Part shown: in pieces, positions 1 to 10,399 of the stretch | How positions within the stretch are numbered: the first letter of the stretch is position 1 | Layout of the letters: each line of letters begins with the position of its first letter | DNA from: an uncultured Gemmatimonadales bacterium | GTDB taxonomy: Bacteria > Gemmatimonadota > Gemmatimonadetes > Gemmatimonadales > GWC2-71-9 | Length of the DNA stretch: 64,000 nt | NCBI GenBank assembly: GCA_963821525.1 | Contig: CAWGED010000006.1 | Coordinates: 32,001 to 96,000, forward strand | Reading direction: 5' to 3' | Notes under the pieces: model-generated | The model's input: only the letters and a program-made list of their open reading frames with translations | What the model was told of the DNA's origin: nothing | Databases searched by the model: none | Translations under genes and position numbers: made by a program

Positions 1-600
1 CTGCAGATCCTTGGGCGCTGCTGTTGCGGCGCTACGACCCGCGCCTCTACGCAGCGGGTCCAGGACGCCAGCAGCCGCAAACAGCCAGTTTGACCACCCC
101 GTCAGCTCTAGAGGCGGCCTTGGGAGGCCTGCAGGGTCCGATCCACTGCCCGGAGGCGGATCGAATCGTCGCGGATCCCCCCGGCCGCTGGGTGCGCCTG
201 GCAGGAGCCAGAGGGTCGTGTCACCACCTCGCCACCCGGCGTTCTATCCGTGGATCCGTGGCCATCGCCACGCACGACGGCGTCCCACCAAGGACGGGCG
301 CGGAGGCATCGCTTCCGACGACGGTCCGGCGTCGATTCGTGAACTCTCGACCCGAACGAACGTCACGAGTCCGGGCGAGAGACTCGAGAGGCGCGGCGTC
401 AGGAAGGGCACGCGGATCATCCTCCGCCGCAGTCCACGTTGACGAGCGTATTCGCCCTTGAGGTCCCCGTAGGACACCTGGTCGGCGCCGCCGATCTCGA
501 ACACCCGGCTCCCCTCGAACGACGACGTCCAGCGCGACGGATCGTCCTGGGCGAGCCACGAGCCATCCACAGCTGGCTCGGTTAGTCGCCTCATGATGTC
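1..600 (-). pseudogene. Degraded SDR/NAD(P)-binding protein with DUF2867-type C-terminus (YbjT-like) remnant
   Basis: Fragment RVFEIGGADQVSYGDL-EYARQRGLRRRMIRVPFLTPRLSSL-GLVT in ORF 244..645(-) is typical of this family. The rest is scattered across frames and much more decayed than a single indel would explain. Confidence 0.5.
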
Positions 601-1214
601 GACTTCCAGTCCTTCGTCGACCATGACCGGCACGGCGCTCGACAAGTCGCGACGACTTTGGTAAAGAGCACGGCTCCCCCGGACCGACCACTCTGGAGAG
701 CCGACCTCTCGGCGAGAAATCGAATCGCGTACATCTCGCCGACTTCGTGAACTGGTGCTTCGAGGTTACGTGTCACGAGAAGCGCCCGCGTCAATATGCC
801 TCCGGCGACGATCCACTCCCGCCGCAGAGCTCGCCTCCTGTGGAGTCACGAGCTTTCCCGTTTGGCGATACCCTCGGTACCTCGATACGTCGCGTGGAGA
901 TGTCGCCGCTCTCGCCGAATACTGCCGCGCCAGCCCACGAATTCGAACCTCATACCGAGGGGTCGCCCTCGACCGACCTGGAGCAATCAGGTCCGACACG
1001 CGCGGACCCAGCCCGCCGCGCCTGGAGTCGCATCCGCTACTGCCCGTTCACCAGGGGCTGACGTCGCCTCAATGTGGCTCAAGCGTCCGAGGATCGTCAA
1101 AGCGCGATCATGCATGCCGTGAACCCACCTCCCAGAGGGTTGAGCGCGAGCTCTGCAGGTCTTGGGTCGTACCGAGGCTTCAGGTAGGTCAGGAAGAGAT
1201 CCTCGATCGGCTGG

Positions 1215-1255
1215 CTTCATCGCCCGCGCTTCACCTGCGGGCGACGAGGTTAAGT
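1215..1255 (-). mobile_element. Degenerate, internally deleted attC-like site
   Basis: Minus strand ACTTAAC (1255-1249) overlaps the TAA stop of the HD gene, followed by GCAGGTGAAGCGCGGGC and GATGAAG (L'-like box plus mutated GTTRRRY). Confidence 0.4.
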
Positions 1256-1837
1256 AGCAGTACGGACAAGCTGGCCGACTAGATGATCCAATTCATCCAG
1301 CAAGGGCCCGCAGAATCCGGCTTCCTTGTAAGCGGCTAGGGCACTCTGGTAGTACCACAGCTGATCTGCTTTGCCGGCGTTGAAGCGGCTCCATAGCGAC
1401 TCGCCAACCCGTTGGTAGTCCGCTAAGAGCGCTCGGGCATTGTCGACCTTATCGGCTACTGTAACACGCAAGTTCGAGGGCTGGGCTTGTCGGACATGCT
1501 CGAGGTATCGCTCCTTGCGTTCTCGCCAGGGTGGCTTGGGGCCGCCCGTGTAGTCTGGAGGGGTGTCGGTTGCCAGTTGAATCAGGGCGAGGACACGCGG
1601 GCCAAAGCGCTTAGCGAGCAGCGCTGGATTGGTCTCAGCGGGTTTGTCCTCCAGCGAATCATGGAGGAGTGCTGCAATTGCTTCATCCTCGTCGCCGCCA
1701 TCCTGCTGGACGAGAGCGCAAACGCTGAGAAGGTGTGCGAGGATCGGGACTTGGGTCTGCTTCCGAGCGTCCCGGCCGTGAAGCTCGATGGCATAATCCA
1801 GTGCTTCCTGGAGTCTGACGCTCAAGAGATCGGCCAA
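1250..1837 (-). CDS. HD-domain hydrolase, small alarmone hydrolase (Mesh1/SpoT-HD-like)
   Basis: Motifs ALDYAIELH-RK-VPILAHLLSV, AALLHDSLED and VTVADKVDN. Likely TTG start at 1837 preceded by GGAG. Confidence 0.85.
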   Translation of the reverse strand: MADLLSVRLQEALDYAIELHGRDARKQTQVPILAHLLSVCALVQQDGGDEDEAIAALLHDSLEDKPAETNPALLAKRFGPRVLALIQLATDTPPDYTGGPKPPWRERKERYLEHVRQAQPSNLRVTVADKVDNARALLADYQRVGESLWSRFNAGKADQLWYYQSALAAYKEAGFCGPLLDELDHLVGQLVRTAT

Positions 1838-1986
1838 AGCTTCACAGTCTCCGTTTGGATGCTGGTGCCGAACACACCGCGTTCCCCTGCGGGCGACCAG
1901 TAAGGACTCACACAACCTTGCGTTCCCTTAAGACCGCCCAGAGGTAGGTCGATGGGACGCTTCCCAGGAAGCGCCCGACACGTGCA

Positions 1987-2069
1987 GCCTAACAACACCC
2001 TGCGACATCGTGAGCGCCAAGCGGAACTCCGGCCCGCCTGGGTTTGTCGGCTGCCTTTGCGGGTTAGGC
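1987..2069 (-). mobile_element. attC site
   Basis: Complementary core boxes GCCTAAC (1987-1993) and GTTAGGC (2063-2069), 83 bp, starting 11 bp after the stop of ORF 2081..2521(-). Confidence 0.7.
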
Positions 2070-2080
2070 GGCAGTTTGCA

Positions 2081-2521
2081 TCAGGGTCCAACCGGCAATG
2101 CTTCATTCAAGGACCGATGCTGGTCCGCGCTAGCTTCTGTCATACCGGTCGGTACCGCTTCTAGTCCCGGTACCGTCAGTCTGGACGGAGCGATATGCGG
2201 TCGCTCCAGCCGCAAGAAGGCCATGTTGGTGGGGCCTCGATAGCCGAGTTCCCGGGCCAGTTCACGAATACCTGGTGCGGTGCGGTTGGTCCAGAGAAGT
2301 TCGCCCTCCGAGGTGGCGCGCAGCCTCCCCGCTCCTAGCACGTGCGCAAGGGCACCCGGAGCTTCCCTCCAGATCAGCCAGACACTGTCCCCCGGCAAGG
2401 GCTTAACTCGCCGAGCACCCGGCGGGTACCAGATCGCGTGCATGGGACTCTCAAGGAGTCCCTGGGTGTTGTCAGCGGTTACTGGTGGGGTCCCACAATA
2501 GATCAGCGCTCGTTCGGGCAT
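2081..2521 (-). CDS. Hypothetical cassette protein, possibly EVE/PUA-like fold
   Basis: 146 aa with GAGGAG RBS just before ATG, bracketed by two attC sites. W-(x)n-PGDSVWLIW-(x)n-VLGAGRL resembles EVE/PUA domains (inference). Confidence 0.65.
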   Translation of the reverse strand: MPERALIYCGTPPVTADNTQGLLESPMHAIWYPPGARRVKPLPGDSVWLIWREAPGALAHVLGAGRLRATSEGELLWTNRTAPGIRELARELGYRGPTNMAFLRLERPHIAPSRLTVPGLEAVPTGMTEASADQHRSLNEALPVGP

Positions 2522-2559
2522 CTCCTCGCTCCCCGTCTTTCAACGAGCTTCGTGCTGCC

Positions 2560-2658
2560 GCGTAACTCGCGCGTAACCTGCAGGCGACAGTCGAACCTCC
2601 ACAAGGTTGGCTCCTTCAGATAGCTAGCCCACCGTACAGTTGCAAGCTCTGGTTAGGT
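2560..2658 (-). mobile_element. attC site
   Basis: Minus strand ACCTAAC-5nt-CTTGCAAC ... GCAGGTTA-CGCGCGA-GTTACGC, 99 bp, extended by the inverted repeat GTGCTGCC (2552-2559) / GGCAGCAC (2659-2666). Confidence 0.8.
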
Positions 2659-2857
2659 GGCAGCACGCTCGCGCCTCGTGGTCCTATCGCGTGAGCAGCA
2701 GCGAATTGTGGTTCGCCACTAGCGCCAGCGCCCATCCTTCATGACCCAAACGCGTGTGAACCGATTGTCGCGTGGCACGGTCTTGCCCCTGTCCTGTCCG
2801 ACCATCGTGGAGCGGCCGGTTTCCACGGCAGTGTTGCCGTAGACTCGCACGAGAACG

Positions 2858-3145
2858 TCACTGGTCGTGATGGACTGGTACGTCAACGCGTGCGATGTGA
2901 AGTCGGCGACGACCTCCGACTGTTCCGCACGACTCCGGTGGGCCTGATACCGAGGAAGTCGTCAGCAGAGATCCGGCGAAGCGCGATGGTGTCGGCAGCA
3001 ATCGGAGCGTGAATCCGCGCCTCATCCTGTTGCCGGACAGTCGCTCGGCCTCGCGGTGGCCCGCTGGCCTGTCGCTCTGTGCCTCCGCGATGACGCCCGA
3101 TACGACCGAAAACAGAAGAGCTGCAACGATCGAGGCGCGCTTCAT
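2858..3145 (-). CDS. Hypothetical secreted cassette protein (probably frameshifted or decayed)
   Basis: Signal-peptide-like MKRASIVAALLFSVVSGVIAEAQS from ATG 3145. Lies between attC sites. Confidence 0.4.
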   Translation of the reverse strand: MKRASIVAALLFSVVSGVIAEAQSDRPAGHREAERLSGNRMRRGFTLRLLPTPSRFAGSLLTTSSVSGPPESCGTVGGRRRLHIARVDVPVHHDQ

Positions 3146-3246
3146 GAGATGCTCCGTGCAGGCGTGATTGAACTTGCTGCCAGTCGAGTGGCTGCGGGCT
3201 ACCACGGGGCCCAACGGGCGGCCGCTGTGCAGCTCGCACTAGGACC

Positions 3247-3347
3247 ACCTAACTAGTACATGAGCTGCGGGTGGACTCAGCTTCCATGACCCGGACCTCG
3301 TCCTCCTTCTTCACGCCTCGCAGAATCAGATCAACCTAGGGTTGACG
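3247..3347 (-). mobile_element. attC site (left box degenerate)
   Basis: Minus strand ends GCAGCTCATGTACTA-GTTAGGT (typical L'/R'). Partner CGTCAAC at 3347-3341, ~101 bp. Confidence 0.55.
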
Positions 3348-3543
3348 CACACTAAGCGCGCGAACGATGGTAGCCATCGTGTCAGCCCACGTGGTCGGAG
3401 GTTGTACGCCGCTGATCGTACGGTGTAGCCAGCGTCATCGCAACTGCTCATTTTCTCCCCGCCCCGACTGTCACACCCTCCACCCTATCCTGGATAGCTC
3501 TCGGCACCCCTCGCCGACGAGCCCAAACCGGAAAGGATCACCC

Positions 3544-4798
3544 GTGAAAGCCACCACCTCCGTCAGCACCACCTTCGCCGCCACCCACGACCGCCACCGG
3601 GTGGGCCTCCTCGTCTCCCTCACCGGCGATGTTTCGGTCAAGCGACCGCCGATCAACGTCGCCCTGGTGCTCGACCGCTCCGGCTCCATGGCCGGCGAGC
3701 CGCTGGCCCACGCCCGGGAGGCGGCGCTCCGCTTCGCCTCCTTCCTGTCGGCGGAAGACCGGCTCTCGGTGGTCGCGTTCGATGACGAGGTCCGGCTCCT
3801 CTTCGGTCCCGGCGCCGGCAACGATCCCTCGGCCCAGCACGCGATCCGCCAGATCTACGATGGCGGAAGCACCAACCTCTCCGGCGGCTGGCTCGAAGGT
3901 CACCGTCAGGTGGGTCAGGCGATCGTGCAGGGGACCAACCGGGTCCTGCTCCTGACCGATGGCCAGGCCAACCAAGGCATCACCGACCCAACTGCGCTTC
4001 GCGGCATGGCCGGCGGTGCGGCCAGCAACGGCGTCTCCACCTCCTGCATCGGGTTCGGGCCCGGGTTCAACGAGGACCTGCTGCGTGCCATGAGCGAGTC
4101 GGGCGGCGGGCACTTCTGGTACGTCGAGGCGCTGGACCAGATGACCGGCGCGTTCGAGGGCGAGATCGAAGGCCTGGTGAGCCTCGCGGCCCAGAACCTG
4201 GTGCTGGAGGTGACGCTCACCCACCCCGGTGTCGCCGGCGTGAGCCTGATCCCGGACGTCCCCGCGGAACGGACCGCCGAGGGCGCCTGGCGCATCAGGC
4301 TGGGAGACCTGTATGCGGTTCAACCCCGGTCGCTCGGCATCATCTTCCACGTCGAGAACGTGACTCAGCTGGGCGACGTGGAGCTGGGCCAGGTCCGGCT
4401 CCAGGCCGACCTCATCAAGCCCGAGGGCATCGAGCACCAGACCATCGTCCTGCCGGTGATGGCGACCTCGATGGGCAGGATCACGTGGTACCCGAAGTGG
4501 AGACCAGCTTCCTCCGCTTCGCCGCCGCGCAAGCGCGTGAGGAGGCGATCCGTCAGGCCGATCAGGGCCAGTTCGAGCAGGCCGCGAACACCCTCCGGGA
4601 AGCAGCCACCAGTTTCGGCTCCTGCGACGACATGCCCGAGCTATGCGAGACCCGCGAGACCTGGTCGCCGAGGCCGACCGCCTCGCCCAGCGGATCTATC
4701 GGTCCGAGGACCGCAAATACCACATGGCTCGCTCGGCGATGGTGCTGGACGGGCGGGTGGCGCAGGAAGAGAAGTTCAGCCGGCGGCGGAAACCGTAA
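3544..4798 (+). CDS. von Willebrand factor A (vWA) domain protein (indels near 4465 and 4655)
   Basis: MIDAS motifs VLDRSGSM, GGSTNL and LLLTDG. GTG start at 3544. C-terminus continues in shifted frames to TAA 4798. Confidence 0.85.
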
Positions 4799-4805
4799 AC
4801 CGCAC

Positions 4806-5350
4806 CCTAACCCCCTGTCCCCCTTCCCTATTGGGAAGGGGCGGCCGCGCGTCCTTAGCTACTGCGTCCAGAGGAGGAATCCCGGCCGAAGGCCGCGGCC
4901 ACTTACCAAGGGCGCCGTCAGCTGCTGAGCGAAGCGAAGCGGCCAGAGGCTTGAGTGCGCTACAGAAGTGGGGTTTACTGTCAGCGGCCCAAGCTGATTG
5001 TGTACGAGACTGGGCTCCAGAAATCCGTGACTGACTCAGGGGCACCGGCCTACTCGGTTACTGGCTGCATGCCCCATGCGCGACAGAATCCTGAAGTCGT
5101 TGGTTAGGATTCGCATTGAGCCTCGGCTTCGCCGACCGAACGTAGCAATCCCAACCCTTCGACCCCTCGCTTCGTTCAGGGAGACGGCGGACAAGTGGAT
5201 GAGGGGCGGTTGAGGCAGATCCCCTGGGACGCGTGCCCCCTTCCCAATCGGGAAGGGGGACAGGGGGTTAGGTAGGAAGCGGAGACGGGACAGCGGGTGA
5301 GATTGCTTCGGCCCCCTCGCTCCGCTCGGGGTGCCTCGCAATGACAGAAG
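4806..5350. repeat. Cluster of REP-like palindromic elements
   Basis: CCTAACCCCCTGTCCCCCTTCCCTATTGGGAAGGGG at 4806-4841, an inverted copy at ~5237-5272, and GAGATTGCTTCG...CTCGCAATGACA at ~5299-5346. Confidence 0.85.
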
Positions 5351-5463
5351 TCGCGGGCGACCGCCGGTCCGCCGGTCCGCAGAGGGGACTGCTATTGTTG
5401 TAGGGGACCTAGTTCACGCTACGGACGCCAATGGGTAAAGCGGAGTACTCGGAGCTCCGGACC

Positions 5464-6393
5464 ATGATGAAACTCGACTCCATATTCGTGCCGCTTGATG
5501 GTTCTGCCTTTGCCGAGCAGGCCGTCGCCTGGGCGGCGGAGCTTTGCCGGGCGGCGCAGGCCAAACTCCGTCTGGCGCTGGTCCATCAACTGCCACCTCC
5601 TCCAGGGACGGCGGACGCGAAGAAACTCTACACCAAGGTGGAAATCCTGCTCCGCCGGGTGCAACGCGACTACCTAAACAAGGTCGCAAAGCGGCTCCAG
5701 GATGGCGGCCTTTCGAAGGTGGGCAGAGTGGTCCTGACCGGGGAGCCAGGTCCTGCACTGGTCGAAGACGCCGTTCAGTGGGGCGCGTCGCTGGTAGTGA
5801 TGAGTACTCACGGACGAGGGCCGCTGGCGCGCACCTGGCTCGGGAGCGTGGCGGATCATGTGGTGCGCCATTTGCCAATACCTGTCCTCCTCATCCGCCC
5901 GGGTGACGAGCACTCGAAGCCGGGGCCGGTCGACTTCGCGGGGGAGATTCTGGTTCCGCTCGACGGTTCGGTGCCGGGCGAGGCAGCACTGGAGCCGGCC
6001 ATGGCTATCGCTCGGCTCTTCGACATGCAACTCAGCCTGCTCCAGGTGGTTGAGCCCATCTCCACCTCACTCACTGGAAATCTGGCCGTGCCGTCGGTCG
6101 AAGACGCCCGGCTGACCGAGCTTTTTCGCAAGGAAGCGGAGGACTACCTGAAGGATGTCGCGAAGCGGGTAGAGAAGGAGGGTCTGCGAGCGGCGTCGAC
6201 CGTGGTGCTGGGTCCGTTCCCGGCTACGTCGATCATCGTCGCCGGGGAGCGTGACTCGGTGAAACTCGTGGCCATGTCGACTCACGGGCGGAGTGGCGTC
6301 CGCCGCTTTGTGATGGGCGGAGTGACCGACAAGGTGGTCCGGAGTCTCAACCGACCGGTCCTGGTCTGCCGCCGAAAACCCAGTCGTCGCTGA
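5464..6393 (+). CDS. Tandem-domain universal stress protein
   Basis: Two USP domains: IFVPLDGS...MSTHGRG...LGSVADHVVR and ILVPLDGS...MSTHGRSG...GGVTDKVVR. Confidence 0.92.
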   Translation: MMKLDSIFVPLDGSAFAEQAVAWAAELCRAAQAKLRLALVHQLPPPPGTADAKKLYTKVEILLRRVQRDYLNKVAKRLQDGGLSKVGRVVLTGEPGPALVEDAVQWGASLVVMSTHGRGPLARTWLGSVADHVVRHLPIPVLLIRPGDEHSKPGPVDFAGEILVPLDGSVPGEAALEPAMAIARLFDMQLSLLQVVEPISTSLTGNLAVPSVEDARLTELFRKEAEDYLKDVAKRVEKEGLRAASTVVLGPFPATSIIVAGERDSVKLVAMSTHGRSGVRRFVMGGVTDKVVRSLNRPVLVCRRKPSRR

Positions 6394-6442
6394 TCGGAGA
6401 GGAGGACGCACCGAGATTCCTCGGTCGCTGCGTTCCCCCGAC

Positions 6443-6703
6443 CTACTTCACGGCAGACTTCTGCGCCTCCTCATAGAGCGTTTCCGGAGCGACATCGGCA
6501 CCGTTGGGCCATTCGATGACCCCACACTCAGGGTTGACGTACACTTGGGCAAACAGCTTCGGGTCACGGAGCGGGGCGTAAAGGCCAGTGTCGCGCTCGT
6601 ACAGCCACGTTGTGCAGTCGACCACCCCGCTCATACCGTCATCGAACGTCACCGCTAACCGGTATCCCGGTAGGGCCTGCACGGAAGTCGCGAGTGGATC
6701 CAT
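6443..6703 (-). CDS. DUF2442-family protein (putative antitoxin)
   Basis: Motifs YRLAVTFDDG, F-QV, IEWPNGADVAPETLY. GGAG RBS upstream. Confidence 0.85.
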   Translation of the reverse strand: MDPLATSVQALPGYRLAVTFDDGMSGVVDCTTWLYERDTGLYAPLRDPKLFAQVYVNPECGVIEWPNGADVAPETLYEEAQKSAVK

Positions 6704-6794
6704 TGCTCACTCCAGTGGAGCGATTTGTAAGGGAGCCTAACTTGGGCTCCTCGGCGCTGAGCGTGGAAGAGGGCGGGGAACAGGGAACGGGGAA

Positions 6795-7030
6795 CTATGA
6801 TTCCGAGCGAAGCGAGGAATCCAAATGTTTAGGTCTTCCTGGGCTCTTACGCATCCGGATTCCTCGGTTGCTGCGCTCCCTCGGAATGACAACTCTGTCG
6901 GACACGGTCCCCCCTTCCCAATAGGGAAGGGGGACAGGGGGTTAGGTAGGAAGCGGGCCTCGCAATGACAGCTCTCTCGGTCGCGGTTCCCCCTTCCCAA
7001 TAGGGGAAGGGGACAGGGGGTTAGGTAGGC
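6795..7030. repeat. REP-like palindrome cluster
   Basis: TGATTCCGAGCGAAGCGAGGAATCC...CTCGGAATGAC, plus two CCCCTTCCCAATAGGGAAGGGGGACAGGGGGTTAGG copies (~6909 and ~6988). Confidence 0.85.
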
Positions 7031-7186
7031 TCGCTGACTAGGGGTTACCTAGCTAAACAGACTGCGAAGGTGCTGCTTGCATTAATCAGATTTAACCACA
7101 GGTTAAGCGTACCTTCATCACAACCGCCTACCTTCGGTCACGTCTGCAGCTCCGTCCCCCAATTGGTATCTCTGGTGAGGCTCCCC

Positions 7187-9981
7187 ATGACCGCCGAACA
7201 TGAAAGACTCGCCGAGGCCCGTGAGAAGGCCGTGGCCTGGAAGAAGTGGGGCCCGTACCTGAGCGAGCGGCAGTGGGGCACGGTGCGCGAGGACTACAGC
7301 CCGGGCGGTGACGCCTGGAACTTCTTCACCCACGATCATGCCCGCTCGCGGGCCTACCGCTGGGGCGAGGACGGCATCGCCGGGATCTCCGACGACAAGC
7401 AGAAGCTCTGCTTCAGCCTGGCCCTCTGGAACGGGAAGGACCCCATCCTCAAGGAGCGGCTGTTCGGCCTGACCAACAGCGAGGGGAACCATGGCGAGGA
7501 CGTGAAGGAGTACTACTTCTACCTCGACAGCACGCCGACCCATTCGTACATGAAGTACCTCTACAAGTACCCGCAGGCGGCCTTTCCCTACGAAGACCTC
7601 ATCACGACCAATCGCAATCGGACCCGGGAGGAGATGGAGTACGAGCTGCTCGACACCGGGGTCTTCAACGAGGACCGCTATTTCGACGTGTTCGTGGAGT
7701 ACGCCAAGGACGGTCCGGAAGACATCCTGGTGAAGATCACGGCGCCCAACCGGGGGCCGGAGCCGCCGAGCTGCACCTCCTGCCGACGCTCTGGTTCCGG
7801 AACGACTGGGCGGCGTGGATCTCCGAGTCCAACCGGTCTCCCGAGAAGCCGAACCTCCGGCAGGTCCCGGCCCGGCGGGCACCAGCGCGGTCGCGGCGAC
7901 GCATCCGCTGCTGGGCGAGTGCATCCTGTACCTGCGAAGGCGAGGTGCCGCTGCTCTTCACTGAAAACGAGACCAACAACGAGCGGCTCTTCCCCGGCCA
8001 GATGAATGCCAGCCCATACGTCAAGGACGGCATCAACGACTCGTGGTCCAGGGCAGGAAGGCCGCCGTCAATCCCAGCGGGCAGGGCACCAAGGTCTCGG
8101 CGCACTACCGGACGACGGTCCCCGCCGGGAAGTCGGCGACCGTTCGGCTGCGGCTGACCGGCAGGCCCCGGCCGGACAGCGCAGGCCGAGCGCCGTTCGG
8201 CCCGGAGTTCGACAAGATCCTGGCCGCACGGCTCCAGGAGGCGGACGAGTTCTATCGCGCGGTCACCCCGCCCTCCGTCTCGCGCCGACGAGGCCAGGGT
8301 GATGCGGCAGGCGCTCGCGGGGATGCTGTGGAGCAAGCAGTTCTTCTTCTTCGACGGCGACAACTGGCTGCAGGAGCACCACTCCCACCCGCTCCATTCC
8401 GGCTACCGCAACTGCGCGGAACTCGGAGTGGTTCCACATGCTGAACGAGGACATCATCTCGATGCCCGACAAGTGGGAGTACCCCTGGTACGCCGCCTGG
8501 GACCTGGCCTTCCACTGCCTCCCGCTCTCGATCGTGGATCCCGACTTCGCCAAGCAGCAACTGGAGCTGATGCTGGCGCGGTCTACCTGCACCCCAGCGG
8601 CCAGATGCCGGCGTACGAGTGGAACTTCAGCGACGTGAACCCGCCGGTCCATGCCTGGGCGACGCTGTTCCTGCACTTCACCGAGAAGGCCCAGCGCGGC
8701 GAGAGGGACGTCGAGTTCCTCAAGACGGCGTTCAACAAGCTGGTGCTGAACTACACCTGGTGGGTGAACCGCAAGGACCGCTTCGGCAAGAACCTCTTCG
8801 AGGGCGGATTCCTCGGGCTGGACAACATCGGCGTCTTCGACCGCAGCGCCCCGCTGCCCACCGGCGGCCATCTCGAGCAGGCGGACGGCACGGCGTGGAT
8901 GGCCCTGTTCACCCAGAACATGCTGGATCTCGCGTTCGAGATCACCCTGCACGACCGCGCCTTCGAGGACATGATCGTGAAGTTCGCGGAGCACTTCCTA
9001 CTACATCGCCGCGGCCATGAACCGCCCCGGTGACGACGGCATGTGGGACGAGGAGGACGGGTTCTACTACGACGTGCTGCGGCTCCCCGACGGCAGCGCC
9101 ACCGGCTCAAGGTGCGCTCGATGGTCGGGCTCCTGCCCCTCTGTGCCACCACGGTCATCGAGGCGAGTGCCCGGGAGAAGGTCCCGAGCGCGATGGCTCA
9201 GATCGCCCAGCGACTGTCCCGGATGCCCGAGCTGAAGAACACCATTCACCCCACCGGCCCCGGGCATTTCGGCGTGGCGGACCGGGGAATCATGGCGCTG
9301 CTCACGCCGGAGCGGCTCCGCCGCATCCTCACCAAGATGCTGGACGAGAACGAGTTCCTGGGCCCCTACGGCATCCGCTCGCTGTCCAAGTTCCACGAGG
9401 CGCACCCGTACGTCCTCCACGTGCAGGGCCAGGAACACCGGGTGGACTACCTGCCGGCCGAGTCGAACACCGGCATGTTCGGTGGCAACTCCAACTGGCG
9501 GGGCCCGGTCTGGATGCCGGTGAACGCCCTCATCATCCGGGCGCTGCTGAACTTCTACCTGTACTACGGCGACAACTTCAAGATCGAATGCCCCACGGGG
9601 TCGGGGAAGCTGATGAACCTCTTCGAGGTGAGCCAAGGAGATCTCCGACCGGCTCACCCGGATATTCACCCGCGATGAACAGGGCCTGCGGCCGGTCTAC
9701 GGCGGCACCGAGAAGTTCCAGTCCGATCCCAACTGGCGCGACTACATCCTGTTCTACGAGTACTTCCACGGCGACAACGGCGCCGGCCTCGGCGCCAGTC
9801 ATCAGACCGGCTGGACCGGGCTGGTGGCCAAGCTGATCCAGCTCTACGGGAGCCCTGGATGCCGAGCAGATGCTGAGGAGCGGGCAGGCACGCCGCATTC
9901 GTCAAGGCCGGTCCCACCGGAGCCGTGAAAACGGAGGGAGCGCCACGAGCCAAGAAGCGGCCCGCGCGGCCCGTTGCCTGA
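7187..9981 (+). CDS. GH63 / MGH1-like glucosidase (multiple indels)
   Basis: Motifs [48 protein letters not shown] and [23 protein letters not shown] across successive frames. The 3' end is approximate. Confidence 0.9.
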
Positions 9982-10007
9982 GGACAGACACGACACCGCG
10001 ACGCCAC

Positions 10008-10330
10008 CAACCCCCTGTCCCCCTTCCCTATTGGGAAGGGGGAACCGTGACCGACAGCTCCTCGTGGCTTCATCACCAGCGGGAAAGCGAACCCTCGGAC
10101 GCCGTCCCCTTCCCAATAGGGAAGGGGACAGGGGGTTAGGTGAAAGAGGTGAATGGCGAACGGTGAACGGTGAACGGGACCTGTAGAGCGTTGCAGGGAC
10201 CGGGTATTCGGCCCCCTCGCTCTGCTAGGGGGCCTCGCAATGACAGTCTGTCGGACGCGTCCCCCCTCTCCGTTTCACGGAGAGGGGGACAGGGGGTGAG
10301 GCGAAGCGGGAAGGGGGGCGGGGGTTAGGT
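10008..10330. repeat. REP-like palindrome cluster
   Basis: Inverted pair of CCCCCTGTCCCCCTTCCC-type elements (10008-10043 and 10105-10140), plus CTCGCAATGACA at ~10234. Confidence 0.8.
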
Positions 10331-10399
10331 CCAAAGCGAGACGGAAGACGGGGAAGTAGGCTTCGAAGCCTAGCATCTTCCCCTCTCCGGTGACCGCCC

